In this document: in pieces, positions 1 to 8,836 of the stretch
Position numbering within the stretch: position 1 is the first letter of the stretch
How the letters are laid out: each line of letters begins with the position of its first letter
IMG/VR virus record: IMGVR_UViG_3300017719_000004
Coordinates: 18,644 to 82,643 of that record
Source: a virus
Lineage: Duplodnaviria > Caudoviricetes
Length of the DNA: 64,000 bases
Reading direction: 5' to 3' (one strand)
Notes under the pieces: generated by a model
Told to the model about the DNA's origin: nothing
Databases searched by the model: none
The model's input: the letters and a program-made list of their open reading frames with translations, nothing else
Made by a program: the position numbers and the translations under genes

Positions 1-458
1 GCATATCCAGGGCTGAAAGATGATTTACTATGGATAAACTCAAGCATGCCAGCAGCAAATGTATTAGTTTTATCAACCCACTGTTCCCGCTCTTTATCGA
101 TCTCCTCAGGAACATCAATGAATGCTACCACACTCAGATTACCATCATGAATGTGTAAAGGATTAAACTCATGCTGTTTCATGTAATTAATCCAAGGACC
201 ATTACCTAGATTATAAGTGAAATTGCCACCACCATGCCGAACCAGAGTACAGAATTCTATGATGTGGTATTCAACAAAACGGTTGAACGCAGGTTTGTCG
301 TCTACAATTGCCTCATTTTGAATTTGGATATTGCCAGCAAGATCATAACCGACAGATTCACTATCTGTAGATTTGCTAGCAATATCTTTGAGCATTGAAA
401 GATGTTCCTCCGACATAGCAGTGTGATAAATCGGAGGACCAAAAAAGTTAAGAATCAT
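1..458 (-). CDS. 2OG-Fe(II) oxygenase-like protein (3' end runs off the window; not in ORF track)
   Basis: Manual translation MILNFFGPPIYH...GPWINYMKQHEFNPLHIHDGNLSVVAFIDVP... shows the W-x-N...NPxHxH motif of cyanophage 2OG-Fe(II) oxygenases. Alternative in-frame ATG at 470; overlaps the cobS stop. Confidence 0.75.
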   Translation of the reverse strand, partial: MILNFFGPPIYHTAMSEEHLSMLKDIASKSTDSESVGYDLAGNIQIQNEAIVDDKPAFNRFVEYHIIEFCTLVRHGGGNFTYNLGNGPWINYMKQHEFNPLHIHDGNLSVVAFIDVPEEIDKEREQWVDKTNTFAAGMLEFIHSKSSFSPGY

Positions 459-1518
459 TTTCTTCAGCATTAAGAGTAAAATCTACATCAGCGTCAACTT
501 TGTCATAGAGTTCTAGGAACGCCTGTTTTGTCTCATCATCAAAACGATTCACACAAACTTCAATAGCTTTCTGCTTATCGTTCCAAATGGAATAAGCACG
601 AGCAATGTGAACCAAACGGCGGGTAGAAATAACCTCCTCAATACCACCATCGTAGAAGGTCTTACGGATAATGTCTGCCCAGTCACAGAGACGCTTACAG
701 AAGTCCTTATCACTACAGAGTGCTGTAAGAATCTTCTGCTCTACTGTGGATGGGGGATAAGACTGCTCAAAGGTTACAGGGAACCTCTCAAGAAATGCTT
801 CATTCAATACATTAGTACCAATAAAACGACCATCTTCAGATCCCTTACCTTTAGTATTGGCAGTAGCTATTACATTGAATCCTTTTACGGGTTGAACATA
901 CTTACCAATCTTCTTCAAAAACACACCCTTGCCTTCAAGGATGGATTGGAGACAGAGGATTTTGTTAGATGCAAGATCAACTTCATCTAGAAGCAACACA
1001 GCTCCCCGTGAAAGAGCCTCCACGACGGGTCCATTATGCCAGACAGTTTCGCCATTAACAAGACGAAACCCACCAATAAGATCATCTTCGTCAGTCTCAA
1101 TTGTGATGTTAACACGAATGAGTTCTCTATTTAGAGAAGCACATGCTTGTTCGACAGAGAGTGTCTTACCATTACCAGAGAGTCCTGTGATAAAGCAAGG
1201 ATAGAATTCACCTGATTTGATAATTTTTTTCACATCGGAAAAGTTACCAAAGGGAACATATTGAGGATCTTTGGGGGGAATAAGATTTTGAATTTCCAAA
1301 GAAGGAATGGCTGATGGTGCAGTGTAATTTTCTTCAAGCTTTTCTTGAATAGTCAAGTCCCATTTTCCACGAGAAACTTTAAACTGATCCAATCTCTTAG
1401 TAACTGTTTGATAGTTAGTTTCATTCAAAGCACACCATGCACGAATATCAGAACCAGTTACATTATCACCATAAAGTGCTTGGAGAGAAGTGCGGATGTA
1501 ATCAGAAGATAGCGCCAT
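448..1518 (-). CDS. cobS: CobS-like MoxR-family AAA+ ATPase
   Basis: Walker A GLSGNGKT, Walker B LLLDE, NEAFLERF. Start moved from 1599 to 1518 (MALSSDY) because the promoter -10 lies at 1541-1546. Confidence 0.9.
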   Translation of the reverse strand: MALSSDYIRTSLQALYGDNVTGSDIRAWCALNETNYQTVTKRLDQFKVSRGKWDLTIQEKLEENYTAPSAIPSLEIQNLIPPKDPQYVPFGNFSDVKKIIKSGEFYPCFITGLSGNGKTLSVEQACASLNRELIRVNITIETDEDDLIGGFRLVNGETVWHNGPVVEALSRGAVLLLDEVDLASNKILCLQSILEGKGVFLKKIGKYVQPVKGFNVIATANTKGKGSEDGRFIGTNVLNEAFLERFPVTFEQSYPPSTVEQKILTALCSDKDFCKRLCDWADIIRKTFYDGGIEEVISTRRLVHIARAYSIWNDKQKAIEVCVNRFDDETKQAFLELYDKVDADVDFTLNAEENDS

Positions 1519-1540
1519 GGTGTCTTTCGTTGATGTAGTT

Positions 1541-1599
1541 ATTATAGGGCAGAGTGGGGCAGAGTCAGGGGCAGAGTGGTCAGTCATCAAATCGTCCAT
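1541..1599 (-). promoter_or_regulatory. early-type promoter: TATAAT plus upstream imperfect palindrome
   Basis: Minus-strand TATAAT at 1541-1546; CTGACT -35-like hexamer; GTGGTC-N12-GTCCAT at 1576-1599; three ACTCTGCCC repeats in between. Confidence 0.75.
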
Positions 1600-1732
1600 A
1601 CTTGTACTTCATTGCTTGAAGAAACCAAGCATCGGTAAGAGACTTAGGACCATGTATTAATATTTGCACTTGTCTTTCTTTGAGAGATGGATCTGCCAGA
1701 GCTCTCTTTTTCCATTCCTGAATGTCTTTCAT
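1580..1732 (-). CDS. 50-aa hypothetical protein (not in ORF track)
   Basis: MKDIQEWKKRALADPSLKERQVQILIHGPKSLTDAWFLQAMKYKYGRFDD; ATGA overlap with the upstream stop codon. Confidence 0.75.
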   Translation of the reverse strand: MKDIQEWKKRALADPSLKERQVQILIHGPKSLTDAWFLQAMKYKYGRFDD

Positions 1733-3843
1733 GCTACCAAAGAAATAAATTCATTTAAAATTCTCTTGTTCATTTTTTTACTAGACAAGGATCTTTTAAA
1801 AGCATTTTTTATAGTTGCCTTTGATGCTCCAGTGTTAACAGCAAACTCAGTACTATTAGAAAGAGATGAATTACCCACAACAAAGTAGGAATCATATCCA
1901 GCATTTTTAATAGTAAAGGTTTTTTCTTTCCTCCAACTACGGATTGCTTTCTCTTGATCTTCCCATCTATCAATGTATTGACGGATCATTGCCGAGTAAG
2001 ACCCTCCGTGTTCCAAAATACGAAATCCAATAAAGTTTGTATTAGGGAAAGTTTCTTTTAAGTCAGTCAACATACACTTAGTAAACTGAGAGTAGATCCA
2101 AGAGAGAGGACGAACCGTTCCAGTTTTAAGATTTCTAAGAATAGTACTGTCACCAATCCTACGATTACGAACACTATAATCACATTCCCAACTACGCTTC
2201 ATCATGACAGTCCGAGAGGGAACTTGTGCTTCACCATCGGTAAGAATAACACAATTTATTTTCTGCACTCCATTCCTTTTTTTAAAGTCAGGAATAATAT
2301 AATGAAGAGTTATGATAGCTTCATTTAAAGGAGTACCTGATAAGTATAGACGAGCAGGACAAAGCCCAGAATGATCTGTAAAGGAGCTAGCAAGTCTCCA
2401 AATATTCATCATTTGACGATTAGCACTAGCATTATTTACATTACTAGTCAAAAGATTGAGCATGGAAAACTCATCACTAACAGATATCGTACCTTCTTTC
2501 TTTTCAATATTAGAGAAACGACCCGCTTTATAATTCCATTCAGAAGTAAATGCATATACATCATAAGGAATACCTACCTTACGACAGAACCAGATCAAAT
2601 TATAGAGTTGTTTAATAGTTGGGATGAGAGAATTTGCCATAGATCCAGACCAATCCAAAACAAAAATTAATCCATGGTTCTTACCATCTGGAGTAGTAGT
2701 AACTTTTTTAAAAAGATCTTCATTATATTTGTAGGTATGCAGCTTAGAGCAATCCAAAACTCCAGTACGACTAGTTGTTGCACGAGCATAAGAATCTGCA
2801 GACTTCTTACATTCAAATTCTTTAATCAAATAATTAACTTCTTTGTTTGAATCTTTCTTAAATTTTTTAAATTCATCATCTTGACGAGCTAGCATATCAG
2901 TATAGTATGAGTGATATTCTTTACGCTCCTCAAACCACCTTTGCCATTCTTCCTCAGCATATTCGTGAATTTCTTTAGCAGAAATAACAGTATGATTCAA
3001 ATCGATCTTAGGAATTGTCACATAATTATTTTCATGAACTTCCATATCAGCAAGATTCTTTAGATGATTCTCAAATGCCTCAGCAGTTTTAGACTCTTGT
3101 TCATCAACGGTCTCATCATCTTCACTTCCAGTTTCATCAGACTCGCTCGGTACTTGCTCGGTAACTTGCTCGGTCTCTCTATTCTCTTCCTCCCTTTTCG
3201 CTGCTTCTTCCAGCATCTCTTCATGCGTCATACCTTCTTGCTCAACTTCACTAGTAGTATTTCCCACTTGTGGTTGGATTTCTGGAGTGGAAGGTTCGTC
3301 ATTCACAAAATCATTTAAAAGCTTTGCTGCCATCAAAGCGTCATCAAAAGTCTCAGCATTTTCAACGGCATCAACAACTACCATCTCTTTCTCAGAGAAT
3401 TCAATATTGACATGAGTGCCCAGTTTAAAATGCAAATTTATCCTATCAGCAAAAGAAAACTTATCTAAATCCTCACCTTCAATATCGAAGAAGTCACTAT
3501 CATTAAGGTCAGAATATCCACGATAAAATGTCTTACAAAGACCAGCATACCTACGCTTCATCAACTTTTCAATGCGAGCATCTTCAGTAATGTTCACAAA
3601 AGTTTGAGGTACATCACTCCATTCTAATTCTACAGACCAATTCCTAGGGTCTGTGAATAGAGCATGACCAACCTCATGAGATACCAAGAGATCATATACA
3701 TCAACCGAAGATATCTTCCAATTAGGTAGAGTTAGTACACGACGAACTACATCAAACTGAGCAGTCTCAACAGCACGATGCTCAACAATTAGATTCTCAG
3801 TAGCGAGCAATCGTGCCAGTTTGCCTTTGATCTCGTGGAACAT
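1729..3843 (-). CDS. metallopeptidase-like / VWA protein (CobT-like architecture)
   Basis: HEVGH zincin motif plus NITEDARIE, acidic linker, VWA MIDAS motif DWSGS...GTPL...LTDGE; adjacent to cobS. Confidence 0.85.
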   Translation of the reverse strand: MFHEIKGKLARLLATENLIVEHRAVETAQFDVVRRVLTLPNWKISSVDVYDLLVSHEVGHALFTDPRNWSVELEWSDVPQTFVNITEDARIEKLMKRRYAGLCKTFYRGYSDLNDSDFFDIEGEDLDKFSFADRINLHFKLGTHVNIEFSEKEMVVVDAVENAETFDDALMAAKLLNDFVNDEPSTPEIQPQVGNTTSEVEQEGMTHEEMLEEAAKREEENRETEQVTEQVPSESDETGSEDDETVDEQESKTAEAFENHLKNLADMEVHENNYVTIPKIDLNHTVISAKEIHEYAEEEWQRWFEERKEYHSYYTDMLARQDDEFKKFKKDSNKEVNYLIKEFECKKSADSYARATTSRTGVLDCSKLHTYKYNEDLFKKVTTTPDGKNHGLIFVLDWSGSMANSLIPTIKQLYNLIWFCRKVGIPYDVYAFTSEWNYKAGRFSNIEKKEGTISVSDEFSMLNLLTSNVNNASANRQMMNIWRLASSFTDHSGLCPARLYLSGTPLNEAIITLHYIIPDFKKRNGVQKINCVILTDGEAQVPSRTVMMKRSWECDYSVRNRRIGDSTILRNLKTGTVRPLSWIYSQFTKCMLTDLKETFPNTNFIGFRILEHGGSYSAMIRQYIDRWEDQEKAIRSWRKEKTFTIKNAGYDSYFVVGNSSLSNSTEFAVNTGASKATIKNAFKRSLSSKKMNKRILNEFISLVA

Positions 3844-3865
3844 GCTACCTCTCTCGTATGTACCT

Positions 3866-3924
3866 ATTATAAAACCCCTGACAGTAGTCAGAGGTCTTTA
3901 GTGGACAGTTTGTAATGCGTCTAC
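3866..3924 (-). promoter_or_regulatory. early-type promoter with upstream palindrome; overlaps a terminator-like hairpin
   Basis: TATAAT at 3866-3871; GTGGAC-N12-GTCTAC at 3901-3924; minus-strand hairpin CCTCTGAC-TACT-GTCAGGGG followed by TTTT; GAGG RBS before the ATG at 3843. Confidence 0.75.
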
Positions 3925-4454
3925 CTACCCATCATACAAGCAACACTAACTCTCCAGAAAGGAGTATCTACTTTGATAGGAAGAGCATCATGAAGTTCGT
4001 TTGATCTAAAGACAACAAAATCTCCAGGCTCAAAAGTATAAGTACGATCCTCTATTTGTAGTTCACCTCCCCATGAGGGGTCCCATTGAGGAGTAAGAAA
4101 TCCAACAACGCTCCAAATGTATTTACCTTTAGCATCACCGTCTGTATGGAAGACAGAAATATTTCCTTTTCTTTGTGCGTTGAATCCAATCGCACCTAGT
4201 GATCCAACTGGTAAAGTAAACCCATACTCTTCTTGTATTCTATCACGAAGAACACTCATCAAACAAATAAAGTATCCAGATAAGAAAGGACTGTGCATAC
4301 CATTAGCATCCATAGCCACTGTTCTTGGATAATGCGTAAGTGGATCATCAATACCGCCATAAGCGCCACCAATTTTCCAAGTCGCTTCTCCCATCAAGTG
4401 CCCATATACTTGTTCGACATCAGCTTTAGATAAAAGATTTTTTACAATGTACAT
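3921..4454 (-). CDS. 2OG-Fe(II) oxygenase superfamily protein
   Basis: HTD...WDPSWGGEL...H...R facial-triad and 2OG-binding pattern. Confidence 0.85.
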   Translation of the reverse strand: MYIVKNLLSKADVEQVYGHLMGEATWKIGGAYGGIDDPLTHYPRTVAMDANGMHSPFLSGYFICLMSVLRDRIQEEYGFTLPVGSLGAIGFNAQRKGNISVFHTDGDAKGKYIWSVVGFLTPQWDPSWGGELQIEDRTYTFEPGDFVVFRSNELHDALPIKVDTPFWRVSVACMMGR

Positions 4455-4457
4455 AAT

Positions 4458-6188
4458 CTATCCTTCAACGGATGTTTTTTCACTCATGTAAGAGAACCCA
4501 CCTTTCTTACTGAATTCTACCACATTATTAAATTTGTCCAGCATGTCTGCTTTGTGAGAAATCACAAAGGTATTTGCATCTTGAATAACGAATCTAATAA
4601 TCTTAGTAAACTCATCCGTACCTACAGTATCTAGAGAGCTATCAAATACTTCATCTAGAATTAAGAGATTTGTATTAGCAGAGTTTTTAAACCTGGCAAC
4701 TTCTCTCCAAGCAAAGAGAAGTGCCAAGTCAATTCTCATTTTCTCCCCCTCAGAAAACGAGGAATAAGTGAACTTATCATGGACCGGGCTTTGAATCGTC
4801 TCTCCAAATTCTTCGTCAAGATGTAAGTTGACATAAAAGTCCATCATCTGAAGATATCGGTTAACTTGCTTATTAATAAGGGGAAGATACTTTTTGATTA
4901 TCTTTGTCTTTACTCCGCCATCTTTGAGCATAGAGTAAGCAAAATCATTGTATTTGACTTCCTCGTTTTTATCGGCAAGTTTCCCAAATACTACTTGAAG
5001 ATCGTCCTTAAACCCATCTAACTTCTCATGTTCAGAATTTCTGTTTTGTAGCTGACTGGTAAGAGTTTGAATTTCCGATTGTAAATCTCTGACTTGGCGT
5101 TGAAATCCAGAAATCCTAACATTATTCTGAGAAATGTCATGTGTGAGTTCAGTAATCTCCGTTGATAATTTTTTGAAGTGACGCTCTTTATCTTCTTCTA
5201 TCCGTATCGACTCCTCCAGTTTTAAGAAACCTTCTTGGAGTTCCTTTGCTTTAAATTGAGCGTCACTGATTTTATTTATTCTAAAATCTTCTTCGATAGA
5301 TTGGGTACATGTAGGGCATACCGTATTCTCTGTGAAAAACTTATGCTCTTTAGTAATAGTCGCTACCTTATTAGATATCTTTCCTTTTAATCCACCAAGC
5401 TCACGAAGTTTTTTAGTTGCATTGTTATAATTACCTAACTCATTCTGCAGAGATTCTACCTGTAACGAAAGTTTTTTATTATTTTCGTCTGCTTCCAAAG
5501 CATCCTGAATGAGTCTCTCTACCTTTGTTTCGTTCTTATCAATATTATCTTTGTGCCTGGTCTCTAGATCTTCAATGAAAGATGATTGCATTGAAATCTT
5601 ATCTTTAATATTAGACTTCTTTAGGGTAAGACTTTTAATAACCTCTCTAGACTGCCGAATATCCTCCTTCAGCAGGTTGTTCATAGCTGAGAAGATACGA
5701 ATGTCAAGAAGGTCCTCAATCACCTCTCTACGGTGCGACTGAGACAACTGCATGAAGGGCACGAAGTTACTACTACCCAATATAACAATCTGAGTAAAAG
5801 ATTTATAGTTTAGTTTAAGAATCTGATCTTCTACAATCTTTTGATTTGCTCTGTCATCAGCTTCTTTATTTTTCATTTCACCATCAACAAGAACATCAAA
5901 CACATTTGGTTTGATGCCCCTACGAACCATATACTTTTTAGGTCCTACAGAAAACTCAACCTCAACTAAGCATCCCTTTTCATTGGAACTATTAACTAGT
6001 TGTGGTTTGTTAATCTTACGATATGGTTTATTGAATAGTGCAAAACATAATGCATCAAGCATTGTAGATTTTCCAGCACCGTTTGTACCTATAACCAATG
6101 TAGTGGAACTCTTATTGAGTTGAATTTCTGTCCACTGATCTCCAGTAGATAAAAAATTCTTCCATCTAATTTTTTCAAATGTTATCAT
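4458..6188 (-). CDS. gp46: recombination endonuclease subunit gp46 (SbcC/Rad50-like)
   Basis: Walker A GTNGAGKS, CPTC zinc hook, FSEGE signature, LILDE. Confidence 0.97.
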   Translation of the reverse strand: MITFEKIRWKNFLSTGDQWTEIQLNKSSTTLVIGTNGAGKSTMLDALCFALFNKPYRKINKPQLVNSSNEKGCLVEVEFSVGPKKYMVRRGIKPNVFDVLVDGEMKNKEADDRANQKIVEDQILKLNYKSFTQIVILGSSNFVPFMQLSQSHRREVIEDLLDIRIFSAMNNLLKEDIRQSREVIKSLTLKKSNIKDKISMQSSFIEDLETRHKDNIDKNETKVERLIQDALEADENNKKLSLQVESLQNELGNYNNATKKLRELGGLKGKISNKVATITKEHKFFTENTVCPTCTQSIEEDFRINKISDAQFKAKELQEGFLKLEESIRIEEDKERHFKKLSTEITELTHDISQNNVRISGFQRQVRDLQSEIQTLTSQLQNRNSEHEKLDGFKDDLQVVFGKLADKNEEVKYNDFAYSMLKDGGVKTKIIKKYLPLINKQVNRYLQMMDFYVNLHLDEEFGETIQSPVHDKFTYSSFSEGEKMRIDLALLFAWREVARFKNSANTNLLILDEVFDSSLDTVGTDEFTKIIRFVIQDANTFVISHKADMLDKFNNVVEFSKKGGFSYMSEKTSVEG

Positions 6189-6444
6189 CTTGTGAAGGTG
6201 GAATTACGATGTCTTGGGAGGTAATCACTGAATACTTATAATTATACAGCTCACAGGCTTTTATTGCAAGGTCTTCTTCAATCTCAATCGTTGACATTTC
6301 AACTCCATGATCTTCTTCAAGTTGCTGTGCATATCTAACTGCATCGTCTTCTTCCTCAAAGATAAAAAGGACCTTGTTTCCTCTACGATCTTTTACGGCA
6401 TATGCCCCTTCTTCCTTTTTATCTTTCTCAGTCAATAAAAACAT
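6175..6444 (-). CDS. DUF3110-like small protein
   Basis: EGAYAV...VLFIFEEEDDAVRYAQQLE resembles cyanobacterial DUF3110; lies between gp47 and gp46. Confidence 0.6.
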   Translation of the reverse strand: MFLLTEKDKKEEGAYAVKDRRGNKVLFIFEEEDDAVRYAQQLEEDHGVEMSTIEIEEDLAIKACELYNYKYSVITSQDIVIPPSQDDNI

Positions 6445-7496
6445 TATTCAACTTCACAAGCTTTTGAGTATAAAGAACCGAATAGGGTTTTAATTCTAGA
6501 CTTATCAATATCTGTTTCAGTATCTTCAATACATCTATTTAAAATAGACATCGTATTCTCTTCTTCACTAATATCTAAATCTTCTCCATGTAACCATCCT
6601 TGATTATAATCAAAGTTTTCAATAACTTTGAGTTCTTCTACACCAACAGTATACAGTTTATCAATAAACTTTTCAAAGTCTTTTGGTTTTGTTTTTTTAC
6701 GAACAATAACTTTAACGATTTTACCGGCATATTCTGAAGCATTAAACATCTGATGAGGAGTATCTTCATAATAGATGTTGTAGAACATATGATTGGGATT
6801 ATCAACCTGTTCTAAATCGTATGTCTCAGTATCAAAGAGATGGAAGCCTCTAGGGTCGTTAACATCGTTCCAATACAATTCATAAGGATTTCCCAAATAA
6901 AAGACTTGACCATCGTTACTACGAGTGTGATAGTGTCCAGTAAATACACGATCAAATTTCCTCAAATACTCTGCTTCATATCCACGGTCTTGCATGAACC
7001 CACGATAAGCAGCAAACCCGTTAAGTTCTAAATGCCCAACAGCAATTTTTGCAGTGCTCTTATTAATAAGGTTTAGAGTTTGCTGTTCATTCTCTTTATT
7101 AATCCAAGAGATAAATGCAAATTTTGTACCACCAATCAAGTGCTCTGCATAATCAGTGATAGGGATGATGTTATCATACTCTCGTAATAATAAATCGATT
7201 GTATTAATTGAGTTATTATTTTTGTAATAGGCAGTATGATTACCCACAACAGTGTATACAGTGATCCCCATATCACGGAGACGATCGTAGTAATTCTCTT
7301 TAGCCCATTTGAGAGACCAGAAGTCAATGCTCCGACGATTGTCGAAAGTATCTCCCATATCGATAATAGTTGTGATACCCTCAGCAAGAAGAGTAGGAAA
7401 AAAGGTTTCATCATAAAATTTTAAAAAATAATCATGAAACAATTTACTGCCCTTACGAGCACCAAAGTGCTGATCAGTTATGATTCCAATTTTCAT
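6444..7496 (-). CDS. gp47: recombination endonuclease subunit gp47 (SbcD/Mre11-like)
   Basis: Phosphoesterase motifs DQHFG, GDTFD, GNH, GHYH. Confidence 0.97.
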   Translation of the reverse strand: MKIGIITDQHFGARKGSKLFHDYFLKFYDETFFPTLLAEGITTIIDMGDTFDNRRSIDFWSLKWAKENYYDRLRDMGITVYTVVGNHTAYYKNNNSINTIDLLLREYDNIIPITDYAEHLIGGTKFAFISWINKENEQQTLNLINKSTAKIAVGHLELNGFAAYRGFMQDRGYEAEYLRKFDRVFTGHYHTRSNDGQVFYLGNPYELYWNDVNDPRGFHLFDTETYDLEQVDNPNHMFYNIYYEDTPHQMFNASEYAGKIVKVIVRKKTKPKDFEKFIDKLYTVGVEELKVIENFDYNQGWLHGEDLDISEEENTMSILNRCIEDTETDIDKSRIKTLFGSLYSKACEVE

Positions 7497-7711
7497 TTCA
7501 AATGATGTGGTTTGTGTTCTCTATCCATAGGTAAGGATGAAATTACTGGAGATTTAGTTTTGTTTTTAATGACAATAAATTTATCTGCAGCAAATGTACC
7601 AGCTATCTCAATCGCAATTTCATCACCATCATCCCATACTGGATCACCGTTCTTTTTACGCATGTCCATGGCACATGCTATTTCATCAATTAGATTTTGA
7701 GTCAGTTTCAT
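7493..7711 (-). CDS. hypothetical protein
   Basis: 72-aa ORF with ATGA overlap to gp47. Confidence 0.7.
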   Translation of the reverse strand: MKLTQNLIDEIACAMDMRKKNGDPVWDDGDEIAIEIAGTFAADKFIVIKNKTKSPVISSLPMDREHKPHHLK

Positions 7712-7826
7712 TTACTTTACCTTGTTCTAGATCACGAAGTCTTTTACGCCAATACCCCCTATCAGAATTATCTCGACATGGGTCTGATTCTTTTACTTGC
7801 TTAGTAAGACGCTCTCTGTCGTTCAT
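7686..7826 (-). CDS. 46-aa hypothetical protein (not in ORF track)
   Basis: MNDRERLTKQVKESDPCRDNSDRGYWRKRLRDLEQGKVNETDSKSN; ATGA overlap with the gp55 stop; fills the gap between genes. Confidence 0.65.
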   Translation of the reverse strand: MNDRERLTKQVKESDPCRDNSDRGYWRKRLRDLEQGKVNETDSKSN

Positions 7827-8296
7827 CTTGATGTCCTGTATTGAATGTTATCTTTGATGGTGTTGTAGTCGCTTGTAGACCCGTTAGCTCCATCTTCAAT
7901 AACCATTACTTGATCATATCCAGTTCTTTCAATAATTTTTGTTTTAATTTCTAATTGCTTTTTTTCTTTCTGAATTCTACGAAGAAATGCGTAGTAAATA
8001 ATCTGAGTAAAATATGCAAAAGGATTTGTTGATTTCTCTGGATTGAAGTTATGAATATATTGTACACAATTCTCAATACCATCACCAATCATATCCTCTC
8101 GGAACATATAGTTCACGAAGTTAGGTTTGTATGAAAGGTGCGTAGCAATCTTAAGAAAACAGTCACCCAAATAATTACTAATAGGTGGAGGAGTATCTCC
8201 ATTCTCTTTAGCAAGTCTTGATTTGATGCGATATTCAACCATCGCATCTAACAATTCTTTATTATTTACATAATGTTCAGATCTTTTTTTAGGCAT
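7823..8296 (-). CDS. gp55: late-transcription sigma factor gp55
   Basis: HYVNNKELL...KPNFVNYMFREDMI.DGIENC...NPFAYFTQIIYYAFLRRIQKEKKQ. Confidence 0.97.
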   Translation of the reverse strand: MPKKRSEHYVNNKELLDAMVEYRIKSRLAKENGDTPPPISNYLGDCFLKIATHLSYKPNFVNYMFREDMIGDGIENCVQYIHNFNPEKSTNPFAYFTQIIYYAFLRRIQKEKKQLEIKTKIIERTGYDQVMVIEDGANGSTSDYNTIKDNIQYRTSR

Positions 8297-8319
8297 ATCT
8301 GCTGTAGGTTCATGTTTAT

Positions 8320-8328
8320 ATTATAGCA
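8320..8328 (-). promoter_or_regulatory. extended -10 promoter (TGcTATAAT) for gp55
   Basis: Minus strand TGCTATAAT, about 24 nt upstream of the gp55 ATG. Confidence 0.65.
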
Positions 8329-8332
8329 CAAC

Positions 8333-8361
8333 TTGACAAACTATGCTTTTCTCTGTAGAAT
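8333..8361 (+). promoter_or_regulatory. sigma70-type promoter facing antisense to the uvsW operon
   Basis: TTGACA (8333-8338), 17-nt spacer, TAGAAT (8356-8361). Confidence 0.6.
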
Positions 8362-8404
8362 AACTTTGTCGAAGTTCAGAAGCACTGTATCTTAGCTTTG
8401 AAGC

Positions 8405-8836
8405 TTAAGCATGAGTTGCAATGCCTGCTCTAGGATCACACTCTAACTGTAGAAGCTGTTCTAGTTTTTCTTTTGCAGACTTAACGCTTCCTCTGTATCC
8501 CATTTTTTCAGATGGTTTTACTTTGCCGCTAGATCTAGTGTTGATTCCCATTCTATCTTCAGCAGCGTCAATTATATAATTTGTATAATAATCAATCATT
8601 TCATTATCACTCTCAACTTCTGTCATTGTAATAATTTGTCTCTTGTCAATAAAATAAAATTGATCATTAGGAACATGCATCCATGGTTCAACTCTTATAA
8701 AAGAGCCTCTTGGTCCATGTATTGTTTCAATACAGACAGGATCTTGTAAAATTAAAGTGTCGTCTTCTGAAGAAGTAATGGCAAAAATTTCTTCACCAGA
8801 TACTAATTTGATACTCGCGTAAAAGTCATCGTTCAT
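8405..8836 (-). CDS. conserved cyanophage protein downstream of uvsW (IKLVSGEEI, Sm-like)
   Basis: IKLxSGEEI N-terminal motif and synteny. Confidence 0.75.
   Translation of the reverse strand: MNDDFYASIKLVSGEEIFAITSSEDDTLILQDPVCIETIHGPRGSFIRVEPWMHVPNDQFYFIDKRQIITMTEVESDNEMIDYYTNYIIDAAEDRMGINTRSSGKVKPSEKMGYRGSVKSAKEKLEQLLQLECDPRAGIATHA

Noticed and set aside
1519-1599. N-terminal extension of CobS (MDDLMTDHSAPDSAP...)
   Set aside because: It spans the promoter and overlaps the 50-aa gene; the SAP repeat only reflects the ACTCTGCCC promoter repeats.
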